Shown: positions 23,910 to 36,568 of the stretch, one piece after another
How the letters are laid out: each line of letters starts with the position of its first letter
Numbering within the stretch: position 1 is the stretch's first letter
From: Lingula anatina
Taxonomy: Eukaryota > Animalia > Brachiopoda
Direction of reading: 5' to 3'
Length of the DNA stretch: 64,000 nucleotides
Assembly: GCA_051362555.1 (NCBI GenBank)
Contig: CM120646.1
Location: 21,266,001-21,330,000 of the forward strand
Position numbers and translations under genes: made by a program
The notes under the pieces: model-generated
What the model saw: only the letters and a program-made list of their open reading frames with translations
What the model was told of the DNA's origin: nothing
Database searches by the model: none

Positions 23910-25252
23910 ATACAGCCCGTCTAAGCCTGTCGTTATATATACCGTGTGCAATTTAATAATTATTAAAGCCATAAGATAGCAAACCGCTACACCTGTGATT
24001 TCTTTGATCAAAATTTCAATTTCTTGAGTGCTTCCACCGCAGAAGAAATCAATTACACATGAGAAGCTTAACTCACTTAGACAAATGGACGGCTACCGGC
24101 TTGCTGTCTGTGCAATTGTGGCATGAACGCGATCCAAAGGAGTGCTTGCCGTTTTGTCACGAAATAGGATAAAGTAGCTCATTTTGAAGGCGTTTTCTTC
24201 GAGGAGACATTAAAGATGACGCGCTTTTCGCAATTAAGTTGAAAGGCTCACATGGTGAAATTTGCCCACGCGAGGATCACGTGATGAGATTACGTAAGAA
24301 TCGAGTACAAACGGAGAAATGCCTCTAACGGGTAAAAATCACTTCTGACGATTTGGAATCTTTCCTGACTGGCGAGGACTTAATGACGTGACTTGCCATT
24401 GAATTAAGTGATTAGCCGTGTAAGCTGAGAAATGAATTGCAAAGGGAATTTAGAGATGCAGCGTAGCACGGGTAAAAACTGATAAACTGTGGGTTATGCA
24501 TTTGCAATGACAAATTTGTGTTTTTTTCCTGTCCTAACTGCGAACTTCTTTTCTTGACATTTGATGCCGCGTGAGTGACACGACTTGGATTATTTAATAA
24601 TCGCAGAATCATTTTAAGGGAAGCTATTTTACCAGTTCTTCTGAACGTTGTTCACGTGCGCTTTCAAATTATTCCTCTACACGTAAAATAGCGTTGTATA
24701 ACGTTAAAATAATTTGAATTTAAAGAAATCAATTGGACCTGTAACATTCTATTAATTAACGTATACATGCACACGAGGGTGCTTGAAACGTTTGGAGCAT
24801 GGCACAGAAAGTGAAGGGAGTGGTTTTCTAAATTCTGTATTCAAAAAAAGCTGCATTTCTTTTGATTGTATATGGCAGTTTGCCTCATGGTCGCAGACAA
24901 GGCGTATTACTTTCCTATCTCCTCTCGAAACCCACTTTTAATCAGACTTACTTGAAAGGATATATATACTAATGTTGGCTTTGTCAAATGATAATTTGCA
25001 ACACAAAGGTACAAATTTTTATTCGCAACGGAAATTACGGCCACGTTTCAAATGGAGTGAAATTAGCAAGTTCAAAATTTAAAAGGGCGACAAAGTCACA
25101 CACAATTTGCAACCGTTTCAATTTGGCTGAAATAGATAAGTTCCCCCTTGTTCCCAGGTTGTGTTACTGGTATCACGTGTTAAATGGTCACCAGACGGCG
25201 TCTTGAAATAAGGGTGCAAGTCGATATCTTCTGAAGGCAAATTTTCAACTGC

Positions 25253-25283
<31 letters not shown>

Positions 25284-26294
25284 GCAAACTGATTTATGCT
25301 AAACCTTCATTGCCCACAAACGTTAGATAATTTTCTCGTGAAAATGTTGATAAACTACCGAATAAACTCGTTTTTGACGGATATCTAAATCGCTGTGCTG
25401 CGTTCTGCTATGACCGGAAACGCATTGCATGTTGAGTAAAAACTAAACGATTCGTAAGGCAGAACACTCTTCATGTGCGTAAAACTAGTAGGCCTATGTT
25501 GTTTACTTACAAGTTGATAGTTGTAACAGGCGACATCGTGTGTACGAGAATTGATTGAGGTGGAATAGTTCATATAAACGATTTGATTTGAAAGACAACA
25601 CATCATGTAGGCCTACATGTATTTTGGAACAGTTGTTTTTTAACTTCATTATTCAGGTCATCAGAGGTGTTACATCTGACTGTTGTTCTGCTTTCTCATT
25701 TTCTTTTAAGCACATTTTTAAAATAAACATACTTATGTTATAGCGGTGCCAGCCACGATCCTTCTCTTCGAAATAAATTTCGAAAAAGCCCTATGCTGTT
25801 GTCAAAAGATTGATTTTGCTTTGGAGATAAAAAAAAAAAAAAACAACTAAACTTTAATTTTCAGAAGACGATTATTCTGTCATGGTTTTCCGCGCCAATG
25901 CCAAGGCTACCAATCTACACATTGGATAGGAATGCCTGCAAACATTATGCCTGGTCAAACAAATACGGGCAATGGCAGATAACAAGACAAGAGAGGTCAG
26001 AATTATCGGAAGGGTGCGGAGACTCTAGAACATGCACTTAAATATTTGTTTACTTACACTGTAATTTGTAAACTATTTTTTACATGATATCACTTTTAGT
26101 ACTGCCTCTTTAACTTAATGTTTTAACAGCTCGCGTGAATTCCGTGTGTTTTTTGTATTGGGTGCTATAAGGTCGGTACGAAAGAAACTGATTGAAATCA
26201 TTTATAAACCTTGCCCAATGTATTGTACATGTAGTGATACACGAAAGACTGAAAGTTTGTTAGATTTAATTTATTTATTCGTTTATTAACTCAC

Positions 26295-26343
<49 letters not shown>

Positions 26344-27664
26344 TCAATCCATCTGATGTTGGTTATGAAATAAGAACCGTAAGTAATATAGATCCGGTAT
26401 GTCACTCGAACAGTTGAGGAAGATTAATATGAACAGTGGGAGTAAACGAACAAAAAAAAAAAAAAAAAAAAACGCAGACACTCAAAGCCTAATATGAAAT
26501 AAGATCTACTTATACATGAGAGCAATCTTTTTAGAATATAACAATGGAAATATAAAGTTTCCGGACCGCAGGATCATTTGCGTGATGTTATTTTATTAAT
26601 TTATCCCTCAGCATCAACAGATGAGATTGGTGAAGGTGTGTAAAACATTGCACTCGCAACACAACGATTCTGTATCAAAATTGCAGGTTCTCCTTTCAAT
26701 ACAGGTAGGCTACCCGTTACTTGCAACCCTTTTATAACCCGCATTTTAGTTTCTTATTTAAGCGCGGACTTAATTTCATCCTTATTTGTCAGCCAGATCG
26801 TTGTCGGAAGATAATCCTTTAGCAATCACCTATGGCGCGATATACCAGTTAAGTTCATTAAAATATCATATATCTAGCAACACTAAGATAATAGCAGATC
26901 AAAAGCACGTCTTTACATATACATTTACCTGCTAATTCCCACCTAAGATAGCTTGGTATGAATATAAAACCATTTCTATCTATGTCAAATATTTGAATTG
27001 GTACTACCTCTTTCTAATGATTTTTAAATATGTTTTTATCAAATGATTATTTATAGTATTTATGAGGATCATAAATACTATAAATATTTATGAGGATCAT
27101 TTGCAGCTGTCATTTAATTGATTTTTCATGTCCGCTATTTACTTTACAAAAAGAAGAAAAAAGAACGAAAAAAATAAAATGCATGTTTAAGTTGATATTT
27201 GTTTTGCAAAGGGACAACGGCAACAGCGAAACTCTGCCTCAGACAAATACACGGGTTTCCCTTTCGGTAAAACACAGCCTTTATTTGCAAAGAGAGAGAG
27301 AGAGAGAGAGGGATACATATCTGGTTTCCTGTTCAAATCCCATAATATAGGCCTACATAATAGTGACAGTTAGAGAAGACTAAGAAGGCCCTTGGATGGC
27401 GGTTGCAATACGCACAAATACAGCAACATATGGTCGCGTGCATTGTTCTAGCGGAAGTTGAAGAAAGTAGAGACTTGTCGTGCTATCGTCATTTGCCGTT
27501 GGGCAGGATCTAACCTTTTCTGTGTCAAAGTAGAAATGAAAGTGTTGACACGACAATCCCATTGGTACTTGCTTCAGTAACTAATTGTCACTGTTGACAC
27601 AAATCACAAATGTCAATGGTTACTAACCTTTTAAACGTAGTCGTACTTAGTCGACCACGTATTG

Positions 27665-27692
27665 TTCTCTCTCTCTCTCTCTTATGTTTTAT

Positions 27693-27727
<35 letters not shown>

Positions 27728-28022
27728 GTTTAATAACTCTCTCTCTCTTTCTTATGTTTTAATAACTCTCTCTCTCTTTCTTATGTTTTAATAACTCTCC
27801 CTCTCTCTCCCTCTCTCTCTCTCTCTCTTATGTTTTAATAACTCTCTCTCTCCCCCTCTCTCTCTCTCTTTCTCTTATGTTTTAATAACTCTCTCTCTTA
27901 TGTTTTATAACTCTCTCTCTCCCTCTCTCTCCCTCTTATGTTTTAATAACTCTCTCTCTCTCTCTCTCTCTCTTATGTTTTAATAACTCTCTCTCTCCCT
28001 TTCTCTCTTATGTTTTAATAAC

Positions 28023-28057
<35 letters not shown>

Positions 28058-28349
28058 TGTTTTAATCTCTCTCTCTCTCTCTCCCTCTTTCTCTCTCTCT
28101 CTCTGTCTCTCTCTCTCTCTCATGTTTTAATAACTCTCTCTCTCTCTTATGTTTTATAACTCTCTCTCTCTCCCTCTCTCTCTTTCTCTCTTATGTTTTA
28201 TAACTCTCTCTCTCCCTCTGTCTCTCTCTCTTATGTTTTATAACTCTCTCTCTCCCTCCCTCTCTCTCTTATGTTTTATAACTCTCTCTCTCTCTCTCTC
28301 TCTTATGTTTTAATAACTCTCTCTCTCTCTCTCTCTCATGTTTTAATAA

Positions 28350-28378
<29 letters not shown>
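27665..28378. repeat. Composite minisatellite: (CT)n alternating with a TTATGTTTT(A)ATAA core, about 18 units
   Basis: Directly visible periodic alternation of a constant core and variable-length CT tracts. Confidence 0.9.
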
Positions 28379-28380
<2 letters not shown>

Positions 28381-29871
28381 CAACACCAAGGTCACATAAA
28401 ACAGCCTACGGCATTAGCTAGTCGTAAAAGTGCGTGTCACCAATCTTTTTCTAGTCATTCACTTTTTTTAAATAGCACCTGCGCTATTTGTTCTCCTGTT
28501 CCATAATATCACTTTCGCCAGTGTGTTATTCAGCCTTGGTGTGCAAGGCAGCGCAAAACAAATCGCTGTTGGCAGCTTGCAGAACTGAATGAGGTATATA
28601 TGTGGGTCTTGTCAGCGCCATATTGGGTTTCCTTTTAGTTCGCCAGACACTCTGTCAGTGGTGATTTCCGAAAGACATGTTATCTGAATGCAGCGTTCGT
28701 CTGGTAACTGTGTACACGCCAAACTACAGTCTTGCTTTTGCAATAAGTCACGGTGCTTTTTACAAAGATAAAACACTCAGCTTTAGTGTAAATAGTAAAT
28801 TTTCATGATCATTTTGATAATTGTGTGATCATTTTGATAGTTGTGATGCAAAAAAAAAAAAAAAAAAAAAAAATGACACGCTCCCAAACACGCGCAAAAT
28901 GGCACGCTCTCAAGCACGCGCGTAGGCCCTGTCGCACTCACAGACATTACACTCATGCTGGATTTGTCTTTAATATAAAAGGACAATGTTTATTTGTTGA
29001 GTACTGGAAGTTTATTTCCATTCGCTTACGACCAAAATGTGTATAGTATCACTTTTATAACAAACTGCATTTTGAAGTGTATTTCAACTTGTACAAATGT
29101 CATTTAAAGGCTCACTGTGCTCTGGGAACACAGAACGTTCACTGCTTTTTTTAACAGTATAAAAACTATAAATTGACGTCAACAATTGTTCTTTTGAAGT
29201 TTTAGAGAGAAAAGAGGAGATTTAGATGAGAAAATTCTTTTACTCTGTGTGTGTATGGGATACCCAAAGGAACAGCCTTACACGTGGATATTGAACAAAA
29301 ATCACTTGGTCGCTTCAAAGGAAAAGTTATCAATCTTCTAAAATTTCATTTAATGCAGCTTTCGAAAATATCTTAGTGTTACTTTTCTACAAGGGACTTC
29401 AATGGGTAAGTCACCTAATGAACTTTTTTTTTGTAAATAAAGATGCATACTTATGTACATGTAAAAATGAGATAGATCTCTCAATAAATAGAAAATATGC
29501 CAGTGTACCTGATAAAATTGTTCTTTTATCTTATAAAGTGTCAATTTATATCTGTTACAAACGCGATGGTTGAAGGAGCTGTTTCTTGTCCTCTTTCCCG
29601 ACCATCCTCAGCCACACTAGATTGTTTAAAATCCCCGTTAAGAGAGGGATCTGCAATTTTTAGGTATCCTCCCAAGATAAAAATTACAGATACAAAACAC
29701 GCAGTTCTTATCTGTGCCTTAGGCATCTGAAGTAAGAGCAAATGACCCAAAAGCCTGTAGAACAAATGGCAAGCCAGAAGAAAAAATTGGATTTTTTAAA
29801 TTAATTATTTTTTTCTTTAATTTCAAAAGGAACTACACTGCGAATATATTGGTTGGCGTCTTTTGCTATGT

Positions 29872-30158
29872 TCACTGACTACTTTCGTCTGATTTTTTTC
29901 CAAAATGGAATACGCGTTTTCCCCATCTGAGCATTGCCTTCTTGTCGTCGGGTGTATCAAGTTCACTGATTGGCTCCAGATCGTCTGACGTCATCTCCTC
30001 GTCCTCAGGGCCTCGTTTGCCGTACCGCCACATTCCGCGTTTTCCGTAGCGCCAAATTCCACGTTTTCCATAACGCCAAACGCCACGCTTCCCATACCGC
30101 CACATGCCTCGTTTTCCATACCTCCAGATTGGCCCCCTCTTGAAAGCCCCGATATCTT
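29872..30158 (-). CDS. Neuropeptide precursor, peptide-encoding exon (GxWRYamide x5, AMLRWamide, VFHFamide)
   Basis: tttactttttag acceptor (phase 1). Translates to (E)DIGAFKR-GPIWRYGKR-GMWRYGKR-GVWRYGKR-GIWRYGKR-GMWRYGKR-GPEDEEMTSDDLEPISELDTPDDKK-AMLRWGKR-VFHFGKK-SDESSQ*. It shows dibasic cleavage sites, Gly amide donors and an acidic spacer. Confidence 0.93.
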
Positions 30159-30558
30159 CTAAAAAGTAAACAAGAAAACAAGTCGTAATACACCGTGGCT
30201 TAATTCCTAATTTTAAATGTTTTTGAAGCCACGCAGGCATAATGATAGACTAAAGTAAATTTATGACATGTCAATACTTTCGTATTGACTTTTAAATAGA
30301 CCGATTAATCATACACTGCGAACCAAATCTCTGTCTAAAAGAATAATGGGAAAAGGTGCAAAGGATACGAAATATTCATGTCATTTTAATTAGTTCAGCG
30401 TAATTAGATCAGTGCTCGACAGAAATCCGCAGATAACACTCAGTGAAGGCGGCCACAAATGACGATGTTTCAACACTGTGGTTACTGAACACAATCGGAA
30501 CCATATGTCTTTAAAGTGTCTAAATAAAAACAGATATTGTAAATGTATCGATGCTCCC

Positions 30559-30597
<39 letters not shown>

Positions 30598-30692
30598 TGT
30601 GTCATAATAAACATCTAGGATTTGGCCATCCTCAAACTTCTTGTTACGGAAAGAATCAGTCTCTTGGAGTTTAAGTGTTTGAAGTGTCTTAC

Positions 30693-30780
30693 CACTAATT
30701 TCTGCGTCTCCAAATACCGCTGCCGTTAGCACCACGGAACACAGGAAACAAGCCCACAGAAACAGTCGAGTCTGGTCCAT
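30693..30780 (-). CDS. Neuropeptide precursor, signal-peptide exon
   Basis: attccag acceptor 3 nt before the ATG. MDQTRLFLWACFLCSVVLTAAVFG/DAEIS is a typical signal peptide. The strong phase-1 donor G|gtaaga at 30692 joins in frame to 30158, giving a 124-aa precursor. Confidence 0.88.
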
Positions 30781-30829
30781 TATCTGGAATGAGAGTAGAC
30801 ACTGTACTTCAAGGACGCTTTAACGCTAT

Positions 30830-30831
<2 letters not shown>

Positions 30832-30872
<41 letters not shown>

Positions 30873-30966
30873 TGTGTGAGAGAGAGACGGAGAGGGAGAC
30901 GGAGAGAGAGAGAGAGAGAGAGAGAGACGGAGAGAGAGACAGAAAGAAAAAGTGAGAGAGAGTGTG
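30832..30966. repeat. Compound (GT)n(GA)n microsatellite
   Basis: Directly visible. Similar CA/GT tracts at 5501-5560, 8249-8376, 10088-10142 and 30561-30602. (AAT)n at 19050-19101, 23035-23086 and 53503-53543. (AAAT)n at 23860-23912 and 26295-26340. Confidence 0.9.
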
Positions 30967-33900
30967 TCTTTTGTGTGTGTCCTAATACGATATATAAGGA
31001 AGTAGCACATGTTCACATTTTGTGTTTACCATAATGTTTTGGCCTGTCATTATTTGCGGTAAAGTCTAAACCGAAAGTCAAGCATATCACAACAACAATA
31101 ACACCAAGAAATAAACACATTTTAATCAGGATATTTGAAAGGTTTGGAGTCGAATCATAACGATAACCTGTTTAGTGATCTTAATTTTCAGTTTATTTTG
31201 CATTGGTCTGTTCACAAATAAAAAGAAGTGCTTTAATCGTCAATTGTCTTACTGGAAACTTGAACATATTCTTCAGAAACCTCTTGGTCACATGACTAAA
31301 TTGGACAAATCGTCTCAAAAATCATTAGGAAATGAAAGTTTTGCTTCATGCTTTAATATATTGAATCCATAGATCTGTACAGGTACCTGTCCAATTTATT
31401 GGGTCTTAACAAGGTCAGATGTTTCAATAATTGACTACTGGCAGTCCGCTCAGTGCCCGGACAACGCTTCATGCCAAGCCCTATAGATGGTACCCAACTG
31501 CGGAAGTTCAAACCGCGCTCCAGACAAAATGTTATCTTTTTCTCAAATCTCTACGAGGAAATTACTTCTAGATCGCAAACAAAGGAAATGGTCGGTTCAT
31601 TTACTCCTTCTTGGTAACAACAGAGACATAAAACAATCCTGACGCGAGCTGCAGCACCAAGAATCCCCAATTTAATCAGAGATAAAAAATAGCTGTACGT
31701 AGCAATCAACCTACGTAGCTGTCGAAAAAATTTCCCCTACAATATTTCCGGCTTGACACTCGGACCGTGAACCAGAACGAAATTGAAGTTTTATCTGATG
31801 GTCGCTTTCTGAACCAGCTCCTAACCCCCTAACCCGTGAGCAGGTGCATTTTGTCTTATTCCAAGGTCGCATTGTCACCACTGAAGGTGAAGGACGTGCC
31901 GATAGCTTGATCGAAACTTGATCGTTACTTTGTGTCACATGTATTTTACTGCGCCGAGCAAGTTTACGTCCATTCATTCATTCATTCATTCATTCATAAA
32001 AGGTCGGTATAATGTTATATACTTCAATACTGCTAACCCACAGTGTATAACAGATCAGCTGACTTTTGACTTTTCGTCAGTTATTGGCTTTGTTGTGATA
32101 GTTAATACATTGTATGAGCATCATGACTTTTGCAAGTCAACAAGGCGTAATCCCAGCCTGTTTGAATATCTCTGTTTGTATACAACACTCCTTAGATGTT
32201 TCACCAAGTTGATATTTCAAAGAAGTTTTTTTTTAAAGTTGAAAACAAAGTATTTTTCAGAGGAAAGAATAGTGTCCATTCAGCATTTACACCTGCAAAG
32301 ATCTTTGAACCTTGTGTTGCTGAAATCATGGTGCGTGCATCTAAAAGGATTGCATGTTAAATTTTTGGCAAAGAGTGAAGCCGTTTCATTTACAATAAGG
32401 TGGATAATTAAGTTTCCAATGCAATCTGCTTTGAAAATGTCTACGATTCCTATTTTAAATTTTGTGAATAGAAGGGGGAGGACAAATAATGGGTAACCAT
32501 AGAAACTGCCGCAACATTATCACAACAATATTTTAGACACAAGGGCGTAACAATCTGAGTTTTTTAAACATTGACTTGTTTCTTATAATTTGGCTTTGGC
32601 TTATAGTTCTCAATGATCATTGAATGAAAACAAATCGGATACCAGAAATCTGTTTCTGTTATTTTTGAAGCACATATTTTGATGAGGAAATGCAACTGGC
32701 CCTTAATAAAGTCTACATTACATTGGTCTTGAGACCGCTTTTAGAACAGATTTTGGTCGACTCACAAATATGGACCAAACGAAAGGGCTACAATAATTAA
32801 AGGTTTTTATCACTGATGTAAGAATTTGACGTTTGACTTTGCACTTGGAGATCAATTTGACAACGGCTTATATTTTCTGAAGTTTACCGACATTATAAAG
32901 ATCAATTTGGGATAATCAACAAAAGATTACGAAACCTCCCACGTGTTGGCTTTGTAATTACATAGACTTGCAGAGCGAATAAGAGTGTATAATTATAAAC
33001 GAGTGTGGTTTACGATGCAGTGGATTAGGAATCGTAATTAAGCTGCAAAGGGAAACAACTAAGAGTTACGTTTTGTTCCAACATTCCTCACTAACAGATA
33101 ATAAAACAAATCAAGTATTAAACGTCTGTCTCTGTGCTGTCTTATGGCACACATTTTACGAAGGTTATTGAGCTAAAATTCTTTTGAAACTGCCACTTAA
33201 GCGAAATGAGTCGGTTACAAAGAGCTCCTCCAGGAACAGAGATACTTACGTTACTGTTCCTCTAAGCGCTACCTACTGCATCTTAAGTGAAGCAAATACT
33301 AATCCTCTCGTAACGAGTATATGATCCAATTAACAGGCAATTATAAAAAGCTGATTAGGCTTCGTAATTACGCACTTCTCGATAATGTACTCACTCGATC
33401 ACGTAATTCAGGACAACTGATAGGCGTTTCACCGATATTAAAGATGATACAAAAGATAAGAACACGTTAACCACGTAGTGATGTCAGATGTAAATTAGTT
33501 TATAAGTTGATCGTTTGGAAATCATATTTCGATCACAATCTTTCGCGATCGATTATTTTTTAGGCATTAAGGCGTATGCTCTCTAATCTACTCAAGGCTT
33601 ATTCTTATTCAGTGCCATGGTCACAGAAAATTGTGCCTGTCATGCTGATACGCTGAAAATCACCTGCATAGTGAATTTTATTGAAAGGGAGATAGAATTA
33701 GGTGCTTCTTTGTCACTTCACCAAATGTGAGTTGATATACCGAGTAGAGTTACCAGAGGCCATGCTCGGCCTCGTCTTAAAGCATTTTTATAGCAATAAA
33801 GCTTTCAGGATACCACGATTTGCCCTAAATGCGTAAAAGTATAATTGGAGCCCTTTGGTTTTCAAATAGCAAAAGTGATCCTACTTTCCTAACCATACTT

Positions 33901-34819
33901 TAATAAAAAAAAAACATAAATACCATTTCGTCTTCGTAGAATTTAAAACATTGCAAAAATATTTTATAGCAGGAATTTTCACTCAGTACCTTTAGGTTTT
34001 AAGTTTAAGATATAAGCGTGATCTACTTGAGGGGGTGTCGTAATAAACGTCTTATATCTACAGTGAAATAAACTTCAAAAGGCTGCCATAAACAATAAAC
34101 AGATAAACTAAAGGAATTCCTTAACAAATGATCCTTAAACAAAATACACGACGATAGGTGGAAGATATAGATATCTGGAACCCATGTTACATGCTACTTG
34201 AATAAAACGTATTTCCTTTCAACTGTTGTGGGTTTTCATCGAATTATTAACGTCATCTGTAAGATTGATAAGTTACACCGCCTTAATTACCTGCGCACAG
34301 TTCTGCTTTCATTTCAAATTATCTCCAAACTGAATATATATGAGCAATTTTGAACATTCCGCCCAATAAGGCAGATGGGTAAAATGGTTAAAGGTTTGCG
34401 TGAAGGGAAACTGCCTTGAAACAGTAACTGACTTGATTAATCGGTTTTATAGGTCTTTAAAGACAGTTTAACGAGTTAAAAGCCCAGAGGACGAAGCTAT
34501 TTGAATAAAAGCTTAAGTTTATCACAAGTTTATTACATTCTCTTAAGTTTTATTTGTCTGTTGCTGCTAGAGAACGTTTAATTGGGTTCATCGGGTTGCC
34601 TAGAAAAGTGTACAATTTCATACGGTAAAGATAATCGCGAAAGGATTATGTAAAGCAGCTTTTCCGACGCTAATATGTTGATATTCTAATGCATCTTGAA
34701 ACGTGTTTTTTTTTTCTCACAAGTTGCTCCAACTGAAACATATAATGCTCATGATGCCTCGAAGGAATATTTATAATGAGAAACAGAATATAAAGACTTG
34801 CTTAAATCACACTGATAGA

Positions 34820-34872
<53 letters not shown>

Positions 34873-36355
34873 GAATGCGTATTTGTATTAAAGCGAAATT
34901 AGAATTGCACCTGTAGTCCAGAAAGAATCCATGGTATACATTTCTCTAATAGCAGGATCATTTAAGTAACATCCAAACTACTTCAGGCTTGGTACTTAAG
35001 TCTAAAAATGTCCGCCGGGATGATCGTTAATTGCCCTTTGTCTATCTACAACTAAAAACTCGGTATGTTCTTCAATATAACCCCCTCCCCTGTGATAGTC
35101 CAACTGTACATACACTGTTTGTCCCTTCATATTTCCACTGCGCCTATAGTTTGATAAGTGCGGTAATGTATCCATCCAGCACGCCATCAATCCAGTACTT
35201 CCGTCACATCAGTGAGTGACGGACAGACAAATCGTCTTTGATTGAGATATAATACCCGGCTCGGCAACTGTTTCGTAGTTCTCACCACAATCTCTAATGT
35301 GGGCAATTATGCCGTCCGGAAATATGCCCGTCTTTTATCTTAAAACTTCAGAAGATGTGCCATTTCTCTGACAAACGAGAAAATCTTTGATGACAGTTTC
35401 AATTATATGGGAAGGTTTAGAATAGTGTGCTCTGAGGGCTCCCGAGCACTAATAAGTTACTTATATTATAGTGACAACCACGATTAGTAGGAGCTTTCAC
35501 ACATTTATTCACCGACCGATTTTTTTGTAAAAATTTAAATTTATTATGTTTTTTCCGCAACGATCACGAACTAACTTGTTTTCGTTACATTGACTCTCGC
35601 GTGATAATAAGAACTTTCTATTCTCATTTGTCAGTCCATCATTCGATATTTCCTTATTAGGAATACTGTAAAAGCCTTGTTTTCTATTAGAAATTCTAAA
35701 GTATTACTTGAATTACATCACACTGCGATCATACCTAAACTCGGTTTGCATGTGCTATTCACGTACAATTTGAATATGAAATTTACCAATCAAATAAAAC
35801 TATATGACGTTGACATTTTCTGCCTTATCTTAAAACGAAAACAAACTACACTTGTTGACTCTTAATGAAATGAAACTTACACTCAGTTACTCCCTAGCTT
35901 TTACTAATTTCATTCAATTTTACTTATTATTCGCAATTGGTGAAGGCATTAGCCAACAGTGACTGTTTTTGCCTGCCAGTTGTACGAAATTTCACTTAAA
36001 ACTGAACAATAATTGGACTTGGAGTAGAGTGGAATTAGAAATAGTGACTAAAACGAGTGCGGTGTGACAACAAATAAAAACTGACATTATGATCCACTTA
36101 TTTTTAATAGTAGTTTTCTCTTAAGTTCTATAGCACAACTGTACATGCTCGGATTCAGCGTGGTTTGGGAGTCAGATTTGTGTTGATTTTGAAGACGACT
36201 TTCTAGAGACACAGACCTCCACCCTTATTGCCAAAAAGTTAACCCCACCTTACGCTGATTCTCGCACGTTTTTCTAGTCTCGTACGACATCACACAGGAC
36301 TGAGAGCCTCGTTTTGGGCTCTCACGGATATTTCCACTCGCCCCTTTGTCCATTA

Positions 36356-36568
36356 AAGCCCCCTTTACACTGGACGGCGTCCTTTCTGCGTCCAGCAGTT
36401 CGGCCCCATTTGAGAGTTAAAAAATTATAATACTTTACGGCCGACAACTGGCCGATCATTGAGCATTCATTCTGATACAAAATCGATGCTTGTGCCTCCT
36501 TATTAAGACCACAGCGATGCCAAATTTCATGGTCGCAGAAAGGACGCAGTCCAGTGTAAAGGGGGTAT
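36356..36568. mobile_element. About 210-bp MITE with about 40-bp TIRs, Harbinger-like
   Basis: ccccctttacactggacggcgtcctttctgcgtcca ... tggtcgcagaaaggacgcagtccagtgtaaaggggg form an inverted pair, flanked by TTA/TA. Confidence 0.7.

Noticed and set aside
27665-28378. CRISPR-like repeat/spacer periodicity
   Set aside because: The spacers are only CT microsatellite, there are no cas genes, and the context is eukaryotic.
30390-30692. Extension of the signal-peptide ORF to 30520 and a possible middle exon
   Set aside because: The strong phase-1 donor at 30692 matches the phase-1 acceptor at 30158. The extension runs into a CA microsatellite, and the middle segment has stops in the compatible phase.
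30725-30745. RE1/NRSE-like sequence TTAGCACCACGGAACACAG in the neuropeptide signal-peptide exon
   Set aside because: Only the left half matches, the sequence is constrained by coding, and REST is not established in this presumed lineage.
31918-32496. 192-aa plus-strand ORF
   Set aside because: Non-ATG start, composition typical of AT-rich non-coding DNA, includes a (TTCA)n repeat, and shows no motif or splice support.
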